From assembly GCA_965197585.1 (NCBI GenBank), contig OZ240215.1, positions 2,912,001 to 2,976,000 of the forward strand: a DNA stretch of 64,000 nucleotides. Direction: 5' to 3'. Both the position numbers and the translations under genes were made by a program. Each line of letters starts with the position of its first letter. Position 1 is the first letter of the stretch. The DNA comes from Dehalococcoidia bacterium. GTDB taxonomy: Bacteria > Chloroflexota > Dehalococcoidia > Plut-88900. Positions 40,033-50,155 of this stretch are shown here, piece after piece. Under the pieces are notes generated by a model, which was given only the letters and a program-made list of their open reading frames with translations, had not been told where the DNA came from and did not search any database.

Positions 40033-40431
40033 ATGGGTGAAGGGAAGATTTTCGACTGGGATGGGGTGGAACCGTTGCCTCCCGACGAGCGGTATCCGGG
40101 GGTAAGGGCAAGGGTGGTGGATGGGAAGAATATGCAGCTGATCTGGGCGGAGTTCCAGCCCGGCAGCTCCTATCCGCTCCACTCCCATGAGCGAGAGCAG
40201 TTCAGCTTCATGCTGAGCGGGCGGATGCGGCTAACGGTGGGGGACCAGGTATCGGAAATCGGGGCGGGGGATATGTGGTATGCGCCGAGCAACGTGGAGC
40301 ACGGGGGCGAAATTTTGGGTGACGAGCCGGTGGTATTTGTCGACGCGTACTCTCCTCCCCGCCCAAAAGCTCAAAGAGGGTGGAGAGCAGATGTCGGGGC
40401 AGTTGGGAATCGGGATAACCCTTCTGCCTGA
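40033..40431 (+). CDS. cupin domain protein
   Basis: HSHEREQ...LSG...GDMWYAPSNVEHG. Confidence 0.88.
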   Translation: MGEGKIFDWDGVEPLPPDERYPGVRARVVDGKNMQLIWAEFQPGSSYPLHSHEREQFSFMLSGRMRLTVGDQVSEIGAGDMWYAPSNVEHGGEILGDEPVVFVDAYSPPRPKAQRGWRADVGAVGNRDNPSA

Positions 40432-40550
40432 GGCGCACGCCCAGGCGCATCTTCGACATCTCCGACCTTCCGCCTTAGGCGGACTGTAAGCGCGGGGCCT
40501 CGGGATGACAGTAAGTTGAGTCTTGGAATGATAAGTAAAGGGAGTCGGGT

Positions 40551-40937
40551 TTGTTGATTGTGTGGGTTGGGGCGGGGGGTGTGGTGGGGGCTGTGGCGCG
40601 CTACCTGGTGGTGGTTTGGCTCAATGGTGGGATGGGCGGGGTAGGGTTTCCGTATGGGACGCTGGCTGTGAACGGGGTGGGGTGTTTTCTTATCGGGCTG
40701 GTTGTGGGGTTTGCGGAGGCGCATAGGCCGCTGAGCCCCGAGGTCCAGGCATTCCTTGTCATAGGCGTTCTCGGGGGGTTTACGACGTTCTCGGCGTTCG
40801 GGATGGATACGATCAGGTTGTTCAGGGACCACGCCTACCTCGCAGGCTCGGCTAACGTGTTGCTGCAGGTGGCGGTGGGGCTGGGGGCGGTGGTGGTCGG
40901 GCTTCGGGTCGGGCAGGCGCTCAAGGCCGTGTGGTAG
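40551..40937 (+). CDS. crcB: fluoride channel CrcB/FluC
   Basis: GG..GA.ARY, FPYGTL.VN, G.LGGFTTFSAF. Confidence 0.95.
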   Translation: MLIVWVGAGGVVGAVARYLVVVWLNGGMGGVGFPYGTLAVNGVGCFLIGLVVGFAEAHRPLSPEVQAFLVIGVLGGFTTFSAFGMDTIRLFRDHAYLAGSANVLLQVAVGLGAVVVGLRVGQALKAVW

Positions 40938-41098
40938 CCGAGGGTAAGGCGCCCACGAGTGACGCCCTTACGGGGGAAAGGAACAGGCCCCTCTCCAGAT
41001 TCCTCGCGGGGCCTCGGGCATGTTCGTTTGGGGAGCCTTGCCACGGACTGGGCCCTGGGCTAGAGTCGGGCTATGCATCCCTTGCGAGGAGGACTTTG

Positions 41099-42325
41099 GT
41101 GATGATTGATGGTCGAGCGTTGGCGGAGGGGGAGGGGTGGGGGCCGGCTTTTTCTGCCGAGGAGTATGGGGATCGGGTCGAGAAGGTGCGTCGGGAGATG
41201 GGGTGCCGGGGAATCGACCTTCTGCTGGTCTCGTCGCCGCCCAACATCACATACCTGACGGGCTACGACATGATCTGGTACTACCTGACCAGCCCCGTGA
41301 GCGTAGCCGTTCACGCCGAATCCGGGCAGACACTATTCTTCGAGGTGCCTTATCATCAGCCGACCGTCGAGTGGCACGCGGTGGTCGACGATGCGGAGTA
41401 TTTCCGGGATGGGCTGTCTCCTGCCGAGTCGATAATCAGTGCGCTGAAGGGGCGGGGGTGGGTTAAGGGGAACGTGGGTGTCGAAGAGTGGAGCCGGGCG
41501 CCGAGCGGGGTGGTAATCAACGAGATAAAGCAGGGCCTGGCCGGTGCGGGCGCGAATGTCGTGGACGGATCGTGGGTCGTGGACCGGGTCAGGCTTATCA
41601 AGTCGGCGGCGGAGGTAGAGGTGATGCGGAAGGCGGCGTCCATAGCGGACAGGGCCATGGAGACGGTGCGCGGACACATTCGGCCGGGAGTAACGGAAAT
41701 CGAACTGGCAGGTGTCGTGCTGCAGGCAATGATGAAGGAGGGCGGCGGAGACCCAGCGATCCGCGCTGCGGTGAGGTCAGGGCCGAGGTTCGGGGCACGG
41801 CACTCGGCGCCCAGCCACCGGAAGCTGCAGCAAGGCAACCTGGTGTGGATCAACCACTGCGGGTCATATCATCGATACCACGCGGACCTGGGTCGGCTAT
41901 TCTCGCTGGGTGAGCCTTCGCGGAACTGGAGGTGGTTGATGGACAAGACGTGCGGGAGCGTCGATCACGTGATTTCGAAGGTGCGGCCGGGGGACCCCAC
42001 GGGAGTGGCTCAGAAAGCCATGGACGAGTACGTAGACTCGATGGGGCTGCGGCCCTATGTGGCCTACGTGAGCGGGTATAACATGGGGATTGCGATACCG
42101 CCGGATTGGGTCGGGCACACGTTTATCGACCCGGACACGGGCTTCGAGACAGCGAGCTACGATCCGGGCATGATCACGAACTATGAAAACCTGTTCACGG
42201 TTCTCGATTCCGACCCCGGCTGGAAGGGTGGCACGGGCGGCGGCTTCATCGAGACGATTCTGATGACCGACACGGGCCTCGAGACACTCTCAGGGTTGGG
42301 CAGGAACGTGACGGTTATCGAGTAG
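41099..42325 (+). CDS. M24 Xaa-Pro peptidase/creatinase-family hydrolase
   Basis: FSAEEY..R, NITYLTGY, RLIKSAAE, RYHADLGR. Confidence 0.85.
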   Translation: MMIDGRALAEGEGWGPAFSAEEYGDRVEKVRREMGCRGIDLLLVSSPPNITYLTGYDMIWYYLTSPVSVAVHAESGQTLFFEVPYHQPTVEWHAVVDDAEYFRDGLSPAESIISALKGRGWVKGNVGVEEWSRAPSGVVINEIKQGLAGAGANVVDGSWVVDRVRLIKSAAEVEVMRKAASIADRAMETVRGHIRPGVTEIELAGVVLQAMMKEGGGDPAIRAAVRSGPRFGARHSAPSHRKLQQGNLVWINHCGSYHRYHADLGRLFSLGEPSRNWRWLMDKTCGSVDHVISKVRPGDPTGVAQKAMDEYVDSMGLRPYVAYVSGYNMGIAIPPDWVGHTFIDPDTGFETASYDPGMITNYENLFTVLDSDPGWKGGTGGGFIETILMTDTGLETLSGLGRNVTVIE

Positions 42326-42465
42326 GGTGGGGGGTAGGCCCAGCCCCAGATCCCTCCCGCCTCGGCGGACTTTCAGCACGGGGCCTCGGGATGACACGGT
42401 TGGGGGTGGGGGGATTCCCTGTACTATCGAGTGCAGGTAGAACAAGGCGGGATGGAAGGTGACCC

Positions 42466-44193
42466 ATGGTGGGTGTGATTGCAACGCTGGTGGCCCTTGC
42501 GGCCATTGGTCTGTTGTTCGTGCTGGACCCCGGCGGGGCTATCGCCGAGAGTGGCTTTCCCGATTTCCGGGAGATGGACTGGAAGCAGCTGACAGCCTGG
42601 GGCTTCCGGACGATTGGCGTGGGCGTCGGGGCGCTGCTCTCGCTGTTGCTGTGGCTCAAGTTTCGGTCCTGGAAGGAGATCAAGTACCCGGGCTCATCGG
42701 AGCCGGTAACCCGGCAGCCGAGCGAACTGTCGGCGGCGGCGGTGTCGGTGCTGGAAGGCCGGACGGTCAGCGACCGAACGCTGCTGGCGGCGATAGTCGA
42801 GATGTGCCAGCGCGGCACGCTGCAATTGGAGTGTGTCGGAGCAGAGGGAGGTTACCGGTACCGGCTATCGAAGAAGGGGTCCGCGCAGTTTGACTGGGAG
42901 CAGTTGATTTGCAACAGATTGCCAGCGCGCCCCACAACGATTCAAGAGCTGCACGACGTGATAAACGAGCGGGAGGATGTCATCGGCGACCAGTTGGGGA
43001 AGCACCTCCAGGGCCGGGGCCTCTTCGATGACAACGCGATGCGGGTAATGAGGGAACATGGAGGTGATGGGTTCGAACTGGAGTTATTGGCCGGGATTTT
43101 GCTCGGCGTTGGCGGCGGGTTTTGGACGGCTTTATGGCTGTTCCAATGGTGGGCGAACTCCCTGATCGGCGCGGCGATCGGCTTCATATATTTGTTGGTT
43201 GCGATGTCGACGAACGTGGGTAAGCTGCGGCCAACGGACGCCGGGGCATATGAGATAGGTCAGTGGCTTAGTTTGAAAGAATCCCTGCCCAGACCTGACC
43301 GTCCTCCCGGTCGGGACGAACCCGACTCCATGTTGGCCTATGCTATCGCACTGGATGCGGCAAAGCCCTGGCTGGATGTCTCGGTCCCGGCCCCATCATG
43401 GTTCGGCTCAGGTGAGGCAGCCTCCCTGGGGGCCCACGACCTGGGCTTGGCCTATCACGGCTTTATGTCCGCACCGGCGTGGGGTCTCGCCGGACGGTCC
43501 TCAGGCGCGGCAGAAGCGGCAGCGGGGCCGGGCAGCGAGGCAGAGCAGGAACTGATGCGGTACATCGGGGAGGCTGAAAGGACGGCGAATAGCGAGGTCG
43601 GTGGGGGAACGGTGTATGAGAGACCACTAGCTGAGGGCGTCACGCGTGAGTCGGAGGCGCGAGGGGAAACAATGACAGATCCATCGAGTTCGCCGCTGGA
43701 CTATCGGAAGTACCGGGTTGCGGGGCAGGTAGAGGAGCCGCCGAAGGGTGGAGGGGGGTGCGGCAGGTGCTGCAAGTGGGTGTTCCGTCTGCTCGGCGTG
43801 GGGGTGCTGGTCGCGGCGGCCGTGATTGGCTACAACCTGGTCTCACCGGCTGTCGAACCGTGTCCGGAGAACTCTCCGACTATCCCGCCACCCGGGCCGT
43901 TACTTGCGGTGCTTGACGTGTACGTGGACGAGTGCGTGAGCGTTGACGGGGAGGTGGTGTCGCAGGGTGTCGGCGAGCTGGTGGTGGAGATGGACCGGGG
44001 AGATTTCGTGCAGTGGGTGCTAGTCCGTGGACCGGAGGAAGTCTTTGAGGGGGTTTTCGTAGGCGAGAGTGTTCACGTGACCGGACGGATCGGGGAGGAT
44101 GAGGAAGCGGGATACGTGGTCCATTACGGAGTGGACCGCGGGTGGTGGGGGAATCTCCGGGAGAATCTGCCGGGGGACGTTTTCTCGCCGTAG
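42466..44193 (+). CDS. DUF2207-like membrane protein with C-terminal OB-fold-like extension
   Basis: P..LS...V..L, AAIVEMCQRG.L, LAYAIALD, PSWF; several TM segments. Confidence 0.6.
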   Translation: MVGVIATLVALAAIGLLFVLDPGGAIAESGFPDFREMDWKQLTAWGFRTIGVGVGALLSLLLWLKFRSWKEIKYPGSSEPVTRQPSELSAAAVSVLEGRTVSDRTLLAAIVEMCQRGTLQLECVGAEGGYRYRLSKKGSAQFDWEQLICNRLPARPTTIQELHDVINEREDVIGDQLGKHLQGRGLFDDNAMRVMREHGGDGFELELLAGILLGVGGGFWTALWLFQWWANSLIGAAIGFIYLLVAMSTNVGKLRPTDAGAYEIGQWLSLKESLPRPDRPPGRDEPDSMLAYAIALDAAKPWLDVSVPAPSWFGSGEAASLGAHDLGLAYHGFMSAPAWGLAGRSSGAAEAAAGPGSEAEQELMRYIGEAERTANSEVGGGTVYERPLAEGVTRESEARGETMTDPSSSPLDYRKYRVAGQVEEPPKGGGGCGRCCKWVFRLLGVGVLVAAAVIGYNLVSPAVEPCPENSPTIPPPGPLLAVLDVYVDECVSVDGEVVSQGVGELVVEMDRGDFVQWVLVRGPEEVFEGVFVGESVHVTGRIGEDEEAGYVVHYGVDRGWWGNLRENLPGDVFSP

Positions 44194-44486
44194 GGTTGGG
44201 GGAATCCTCGCGAGGGAGGGGGTGGGGGGCTGGTAGAGCCAACCAAGCTGGACAAAAGCGAGAACTTTTTCGCGCAGATTTGTTTTGGGTCTATATTCAA
44301 GCCTTTATCCCACCTTATCGGGCAAAGTGATCAACGAAGACAGAACTGGCATGTCGGTAACAGCTGCGGGCAACCAGATTGACAATGGGCAGCATTGGCC
44401 GGTACTGTTTCGATGGTAAGGCGGGCATTTTGTGCTCCGTATACGCCAATGTTACCAGGCCAACGAGGAAGGGGTGTGACCGCGAG

Positions 44487-46862
44487 GTGATTGGTAAAAC
44501 CATAACTGAGTCGGCTGGCGTCTGGCGGTCGCTTGGAATTCCAATACTGCTCTCCCTGCTGATCGCCCTGGCTGCCTTGGCCTGCATCGACCCGGAGCCG
44601 GTTGGGGTAGCCCCAACGCAGCCACCTGAGCGGCCTGCGGCGACGACTTCACCCGCACTGACGGAGGCCCAGGGGGCTGCGACCGCTGCCGCACCCACTC
44701 CCGAACCCACTCCAGCGCCACTCGAAGAGATCAACTTCGCGGGTGTGGTCACGAGAACCAACCTGCCAAGCCAGGTGCAAATCGTCTTTTCCCTCAGGGA
44801 CCAGAACGGGCACGCAATAGTTTTACCGGCGGAGGATGTGCAGAGAGCCACCAAGATATATGAGTGCGAGTCGAGGACAGAGGAAGGATGCAGACAGGGG
44901 ACGGAGGACTGGGAGGAGATCGACTATACGGAGACCAGCTTCTTCGTTCACACAGCGGAGAACTTCGACCTTGAGGTTGTGTTCGTGCTGGACTTCACCA
45001 ACAGCATGGCCCAGGCGAGGCTTCCTGACGGACGAAGCGGCATTGCGGCCATGTTGGAGGCCTTCGGCGGGGGACTGGGTGTACTGCCGGACGCCCACAG
45101 GATCGGTGTCGTCGAGTTCCACGACAGGAACGCAGAGCCGGGAGTCCTATCAGCCCTCACAACGAATCGCCAAGCCATTCGCGACAGCACCTCTCAGTTC
45201 TCTCAAAGCGGCTTCGATCCCGGCTCGTCGAGGGTCTGGGACAGTGTGGTCTCCGGGGCAAACCTCTTCTCCACCTTCGCGCAGAACCCGCGCGCCATCA
45301 GGGCACTGGTGTTCCTCTCCGACGGGAGGGACACGAGCAGCGTCAATACGCGCGATGATGCTCGAATCCACGCACAGGCCCTCGATGTCCAGCTCTATGC
45401 CTTGGGCGTCGGCGAGGTCTTTCAGGAGGAAGAGTTGAGGGAGATGGCCGGTTCGACCAGAGGCGGATACTACCCGGTGCACGATGTATCGCTGCTTCAG
45501 GAGCAGCTTCAACTCCTGGTCAACGACCTGCGCGGACAGTATCAGCTTAGCTACATCACATTGAGAAGAACTGGCGAATACAGTACCCGAGTAGAGGTCG
45601 AATTGGACGGCGTTATAGGTAGCCTGCAGACCGCTCCCCTCCATGCAGCCACCTTCTTCGGCCCCGACAACCAGGGGGCCATCCAGTTCGATCCGCCTTC
45701 CATTGACCGCAACGAAGGCAAGGCTACGATCTTCGTTCGCGCACTCCACATGCCGAGGAACATCGATCGGGTCCGTTTCAAGGTCGACACATTCAAGCCG
45801 GTCCAAGTGGACTTGGTGGCGGGGCAAGATGGTGGGCTGCTGGACGGTTGGAACCTGTCAGGACCTGACACAGAGGGCTTTTATGAGGTCTCCTCGCCTG
45901 TTCCCGTCGAGTTCGGCAACTTCGGACTACTGTTCCGGCTGACGATATCCGATGTTATCGAGGAAAGCTTGGAGATACCGGTCGAGTTCGACAACACGAT
46001 ATACACCGCAGGAAAGAGTCTGGAGCGTACGACATTCATCGCCATAGGTCAGACGCGGATAGCGTTTACTAACGATCGAGACGGGAATTGGGACATATAT
46101 GCCATGAACTCCGATGGATCGGGCGAGACAAGACTGACGGAGCAGTCCGGGTATGATTGGGGCCCGGTTTGGTCTCCCGACGGTCAGCTTATAGCGTTTG
46201 CTTCCGAGCGAAACGGAGACTGGAATATATTCGTGATGAATGCCGACGGGTCGGGCGTGACACAACTGACGAACCATCCTGGATATGATGTGGAACCCGC
46301 CTGGTCCGCCAGTGGGGAACAAATAGCGTTTTCCTCTACCGGTGACGAAGGCCCAGATATATACGTGATGAACGCCGACGGGTCGGGCGTGACACAACTG
46401 ACGAACCATCCCGGATATGATGTGGAACCTGCCTGGTCTCCCGATGGTCGGCTTATAGCGTTTGCTTCAGATCGTGACGGGAATGTGGACACAGTGGAGA
46501 CTGGGGACATATTCGTCATGAACTCCGACGGATCGGACGTGAGGCGATTGACTGACAATCCCTTGCAGGATAGGTCTCCAGCCTGGTCGCCCAGTGGGCA
46601 GCAAATAGCGTTTTCCTCTAGCCGGGACGGAGACTCGGAAATATATGTCATGAACGCCGACGGGTCCGACGTGAGGCGGTTGACAGACAATCCCGGGTGG
46701 GATGGGTCTCCAGCCTGGTCACCCGGTGGGAGGCAAATAGCGTTTTCCTCTGAACGGGACGGAGACTGGAATATATACGTCATGAACGCCGACGGGTCGG
46801 GGTTGAGGCAGTTGACAGACAATCCCGGGAGGGATGTGGATTTAGACTGGTCACCTCAATAG
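44487..46862 (+). CDS. lipoprotein with VWA domain and TolB-like PD40 beta-propeller
   Basis: Lipobox ALAC; VLDFTNSM, LSDGRD MIDAS; six PAWSPDG..IAF.S.RDG..IYVMNADGS repeats (46060-46860). Confidence 0.85.
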   Translation: MIGKTITESAGVWRSLGIPILLSLLIALAALACIDPEPVGVAPTQPPERPAATTSPALTEAQGAATAAAPTPEPTPAPLEEINFAGVVTRTNLPSQVQIVFSLRDQNGHAIVLPAEDVQRATKIYECESRTEEGCRQGTEDWEEIDYTETSFFVHTAENFDLEVVFVLDFTNSMAQARLPDGRSGIAAMLEAFGGGLGVLPDAHRIGVVEFHDRNAEPGVLSALTTNRQAIRDSTSQFSQSGFDPGSSRVWDSVVSGANLFSTFAQNPRAIRALVFLSDGRDTSSVNTRDDARIHAQALDVQLYALGVGEVFQEEELREMAGSTRGGYYPVHDVSLLQEQLQLLVNDLRGQYQLSYITLRRTGEYSTRVEVELDGVIGSLQTAPLHAATFFGPDNQGAIQFDPPSIDRNEGKATIFVRALHMPRNIDRVRFKVDTFKPVQVDLVAGQDGGLLDGWNLSGPDTEGFYEVSSPVPVEFGNFGLLFRLTISDVIEESLEIPVEFDNTIYTAGKSLERTTFIAIGQTRIAFTNDRDGNWDIYAMNSDGSGETRLTEQSGYDWGPVWSPDGQLIAFASERNGDWNIFVMNADGSGVTQLTNHPGYDVEPAWSASGEQIAFSSTGDEGPDIYVMNADGSGVTQLTNHPGYDVEPAWSPDGRLIAFASDRDGNVDTVETGDIFVMNSDGSDVRRLTDNPLQDRSPAWSPSGQQIAFSSSRDGDSEIYVMNADGSDVRRLTDNPGWDGSPAWSPGGRQIAFSSERDGDWNIYVMNADGSGLRQLTDNPGRDVDLDWSPQ

Positions 46863-47338
46863 CTTGGAGCTAAGCGCACAGCTATGATGAGGACAAATGA
46901 ACGAATTTTGTGGTCGACAGGATATTGACCGTTTTTGACTATGGCTGTCGCGGCATGCGGGGATAGGTGACCAATCGTGGCGACTCAGGGGCAGTGGTTC
47001 TGAGAGTGGTTGCTACGGCTTCGCCTGATACGTTAGAGACTGAAGCAGCAGATGGGACTGCGTCGGCAGCGCTCTTCAAGGACAGGGAGCGCTCTACTGC
47101 GCCGAAGTGACTTTCGACATCGAGGCCCACGATACGCACTGCTTCTCTAATCGGGCCATCGAACATGCAGCCCCATCCTACCCCCGGTGCTACCATCGGC
47201 TACAAGCGCTACTCCACCCCGTAAACCCTGTCCGTTGGTGCAGCTACTGGGCCATATTGCCGCCGTCGGGGGTCATGGTGTGGCCAGTGACGAATTAGGC
47301 AGCCTCGGAGCGTAGCCTCGCACCTGCCCCGCCAAGGG

Positions 47339-48919
47339 TCAGGTAGACGCCCGGCCGCGGCGGAGGGAGCGGCCGGGGAGGGTTCCGGTGTGGTTGCCGT
47401 TGTCTACTACGAATCGGCCGTTTACCAGGACGTGCTCGATGCCTGTGGGGTATTGCTTTGGCTGGTGGCGCGTGGCGGGAGACTTCACGGTGGCCGGGTC
47501 GAAGATGACGATGTCGGCTTTCATGTTGTCGAGGAGCAGGCCCCGGTCGGGTATGCCCAGGCGCAGGGCCGCGAAAGACGTCATCTTCCTGACCGCCTCC
47601 TCCAGGGTGATGGCGCCCTCGTCCCGGACGTAGTGGGAGAGGATGGTGGGGAAGGTGCCGTAGGTCCTCGGGCTGGGATAGTCGCCCAGGAGGAGGGCGT
47701 CGGTGCCGACCATGGTGAGAGGATGGGTCATGAAGTCGGGCAAGGTGGACAGGTTCGGGCCGGGTGAGACGTAGGAGGTCTGAAGGTCTTCGTCGAGGAG
47801 GATGTCGCACAGGGCGTCTACCTCGCTCTTGCCCATCATCTCCGCAATCTCGGCGACGGATCGGCCCTCGAACCTCTGGTTGTGGGGCCGCTTGAAATAG
47901 GTCAGCCAGATGTCGTGCCACGAGCCGGTGCCCCGGGCACGGACCTCGTCCCTCAGGCGCTCCCGGCCCTCGTCGGAACGGAGGACTTCCTTGAGCTTTC
48001 TCGGGCCTCCGTTGTGGGCCCACTGGGGGAACAGGATCAGCGCCCGGGTGCTGCTGTACTCGTAGGGATAGCAGTCCATGGTCACGTCCTGCCCGGCGTC
48101 GGCGGACCCCTCCACCAGGTCCAGGAGCTGACGGGCACTCCCCGGATGGGTGATTCGCTGATAAAAGTGGGTGAGATGGCAAGGGAGGCCCCCTCTTTGG
48201 CCGATCTCCAGCGCCTCTTTAACCGGATCCAGAAACCGATCGCCGAGGGTGTTGCGCAGGTGGGTGTGATAGATGCCCCCCAGCCGGGCGGCTTCCTCGG
48301 AGAGACTGACGAGCTCATCGGTGTTGGCGTAGCTGCCTGGGGGATAGTCGAGACCCGTGGATATGCCGAACGCCCCCTCCTCAAGCCCCTCGCGCATCAT
48401 GGCCCTCATGTTGGCGAGATCGGCGTCGGTGGCGGGCTTGTCGTCCCAGCCCATGGCGCAGATCCGGATGGGGGAGTTGCCGATGACGTAGGCGATGTTC
48501 ACGGCGACCTTGTTGTCGAACATGGACAGGTACTCGGCGACGGTAGACCAGCGGCCGGGGAGGGGTGGCGACCCGTCCAGGCCCGAGTTCAACTCGACGA
48601 AGTCCAGGAAGTCCTCGTGAGACGTGAAGGGAGCGTAGGAGTTGCCGTCGACACCCACGAGCTCGGTGGTGATGCCCTGACGGACCTTGGGATGGTGCTC
48701 GGGCTCGGCGAGGATGACGAGACCCGTGTGGGCGTGCATGTCGATGAACCCGGGACAGACAACCTTGCCGGTGGCGTCGATGGTCCGGAGGGCCTCGATA
48801 TGCGAGTAGTCGCCCCGGAATATGACGACGTTCTCACCCTGAACGCCCACTCCGGCGTAGAAGCCGGGGTTACCCGTACCATCGACCACCAGTCCGTTCT
48901 TGATCAAGATGTCCAACAA
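47339..48919 (-). CDS. D-aminoacylase (N-acyl-D-amino-acid deacylase)
   Basis: PGFIDMHAH, QGITTE, STGLDYPPG, PRTYGTFP, EEAVRKMTS, ADIVIFDP. Confidence 0.92.
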   Translation of the reverse strand: MLDILIKNGLVVDGTGNPGFYAGVGVQGENVVIFRGDYSHIEALRTIDATGKVVCPGFIDMHAHTGLVILAEPEHHPKVRQGITTELVGVDGNSYAPFTSHEDFLDFVELNSGLDGSPPLPGRWSTVAEYLSMFDNKVAVNIAYVIGNSPIRICAMGWDDKPATDADLANMRAMMREGLEEGAFGISTGLDYPPGSYANTDELVSLSEEAARLGGIYHTHLRNTLGDRFLDPVKEALEIGQRGGLPCHLTHFYQRITHPGSARQLLDLVEGSADAGQDVTMDCYPYEYSSTRALILFPQWAHNGGPRKLKEVLRSDEGRERLRDEVRARGTGSWHDIWLTYFKRPHNQRFEGRSVAEIAEMMGKSEVDALCDILLDEDLQTSYVSPGPNLSTLPDFMTHPLTMVGTDALLLGDYPSPRTYGTFPTILSHYVRDEGAITLEEAVRKMTSFAALRLGIPDRGLLLDNMKADIVIFDPATVKSPATRHQPKQYPTGIEHVLVNGRFVVDNGNHTGTLPGRSLRRGRAST

Positions 48920-49042
48920 GGGCGCACCTCCTGTCACAGGTGAAAAGGGTCGGAGGGAAGTTAGCACCTGGGGTGTCGGGAAGGCAAGAATGGGTGTGTA
49001 GGGAGGACTTGGGCGGTGATGGATGGGCGAGCTTTGGGGCAG

Positions 49043-49810
49043 CTACTGGGCCATGTAGCCGCCGTCGAGGGTCATGGTGTGGCCGGTGACGAATGAAGCG
49101 GCGTCCGAGCATAACCAGACAACGGCCTCGGCGATCTCCTCGGGTCTGCCCATTCTGCCCATGGGGGTCTGGGAGACCATCCTTCGCTCCAAATCGGGGT
49201 TGGCCTGGATTCTGGGGATGGTCATGGGTGTGAGGATGTAGCCGGGGCATACGGCGTTGATCCGTATGCCGGCGGTTGCGTATTCCAATGCGGCGGTCCT
49301 GGTTATGCCGACGACCCCGTGCTTGGCGGCGTTGTAGGCGATGTACCCGCCGTGGCCTGCCAGCCCGTAGATGGAGGCCGTGTTGACTATGGCTCCACCG
49401 CCCTGCCTCTCCATGACGGGAATCTCGTACTTCATGCAGAGCCAGACGCCCTTCAGGTTGACGTCGATTATGCGGTCCCACTCTTCCTCTCGGTAGTCAG
49501 CGGTCTTGGCGACCTCACCCCCGACACCTGCGTTGTTGAAGGCGCAGTCTAATCTTCCGTAGGTCTGCACTATTCTGTCGATGACCGAGGCTACGTTGTC
49601 TGCCTTGGTGACGTCCAGCTCGAACACTGTGGCGCTGCCTCCAATGTCTTCTATCATGCAGGCTGTCTCTGCGGCACCGGTAGGCTCCCGGTCTGCAATC
49701 GCTACCCTAGCCCCTTGGCGGGCGAAAGCGAGGCTCGTGGCTCGGCCGATACCGGAGGCGCCACCTGTAACCAGAGCTACTTTATCCCTAAAGATATCCA
49801 TCATTTGCAA
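49043..49810 (-). CDS. short-chain dehydrogenase/reductase
   Basis: TGGASGIG, NNAG, YNAAKHG. Confidence 0.95.
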   Translation of the reverse strand: MQMMDIFRDKVALVTGGASGIGRATSLAFARQGARVAIADREPTGAAETACMIEDIGGSATVFELDVTKADNVASVIDRIVQTYGRLDCAFNNAGVGGEVAKTADYREEEWDRIIDVNLKGVWLCMKYEIPVMERQGGGAIVNTASIYGLAGHGGYIAYNAAKHGVVGITRTAALEYATAGIRINAVCPGYILTPMTIPRIQANPDLERRMVSQTPMGRMGRPEEIAEAVVWLCSDAASFVTGHTMTLDGGYMAQ

Positions 49811-50155
49811 GCTCCTTGTTCCAGGTGGGCAATGGCACGGGGGTCGTTGGTGTGGTGCATGTCTTTGGTGGGGACAGGAGGACTATCGATGGTCGGCTCA
49901 TGGACGACAGAATAAGACTGGGATGTTGAGAAGACAACAGGGAGGGGGGCGGGGGGATGGTATTACAGGCGGGATCCCAAGGGTACGGCGACACTTGGTG
50001 GTGGTTGTTTCAGCGTCCACGGCTGTCTTCGGGCATAATGATGATGTAGAGGCGATGGTGTATTGCGGGGAGCAACGACTAATCCCAGCGCGAACAAATT
50101 GCCATGGGTCTCGAGACTCCGCCCAGCGCCCGAGCAAGAGCTTACCGGAGGTTTT

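Noticed and set aside
46060-46860. Regularly spaced DNA repeats resembling a CRISPR array or DGR
   Set aside because: They are in-frame PD40 protein repeats; no cas or RT genes.
46880-47290. Possible lipoprotein pseudogene (LTMAVAACG)
   Set aside because: Short, interrupted by stops, no recognisable domain.
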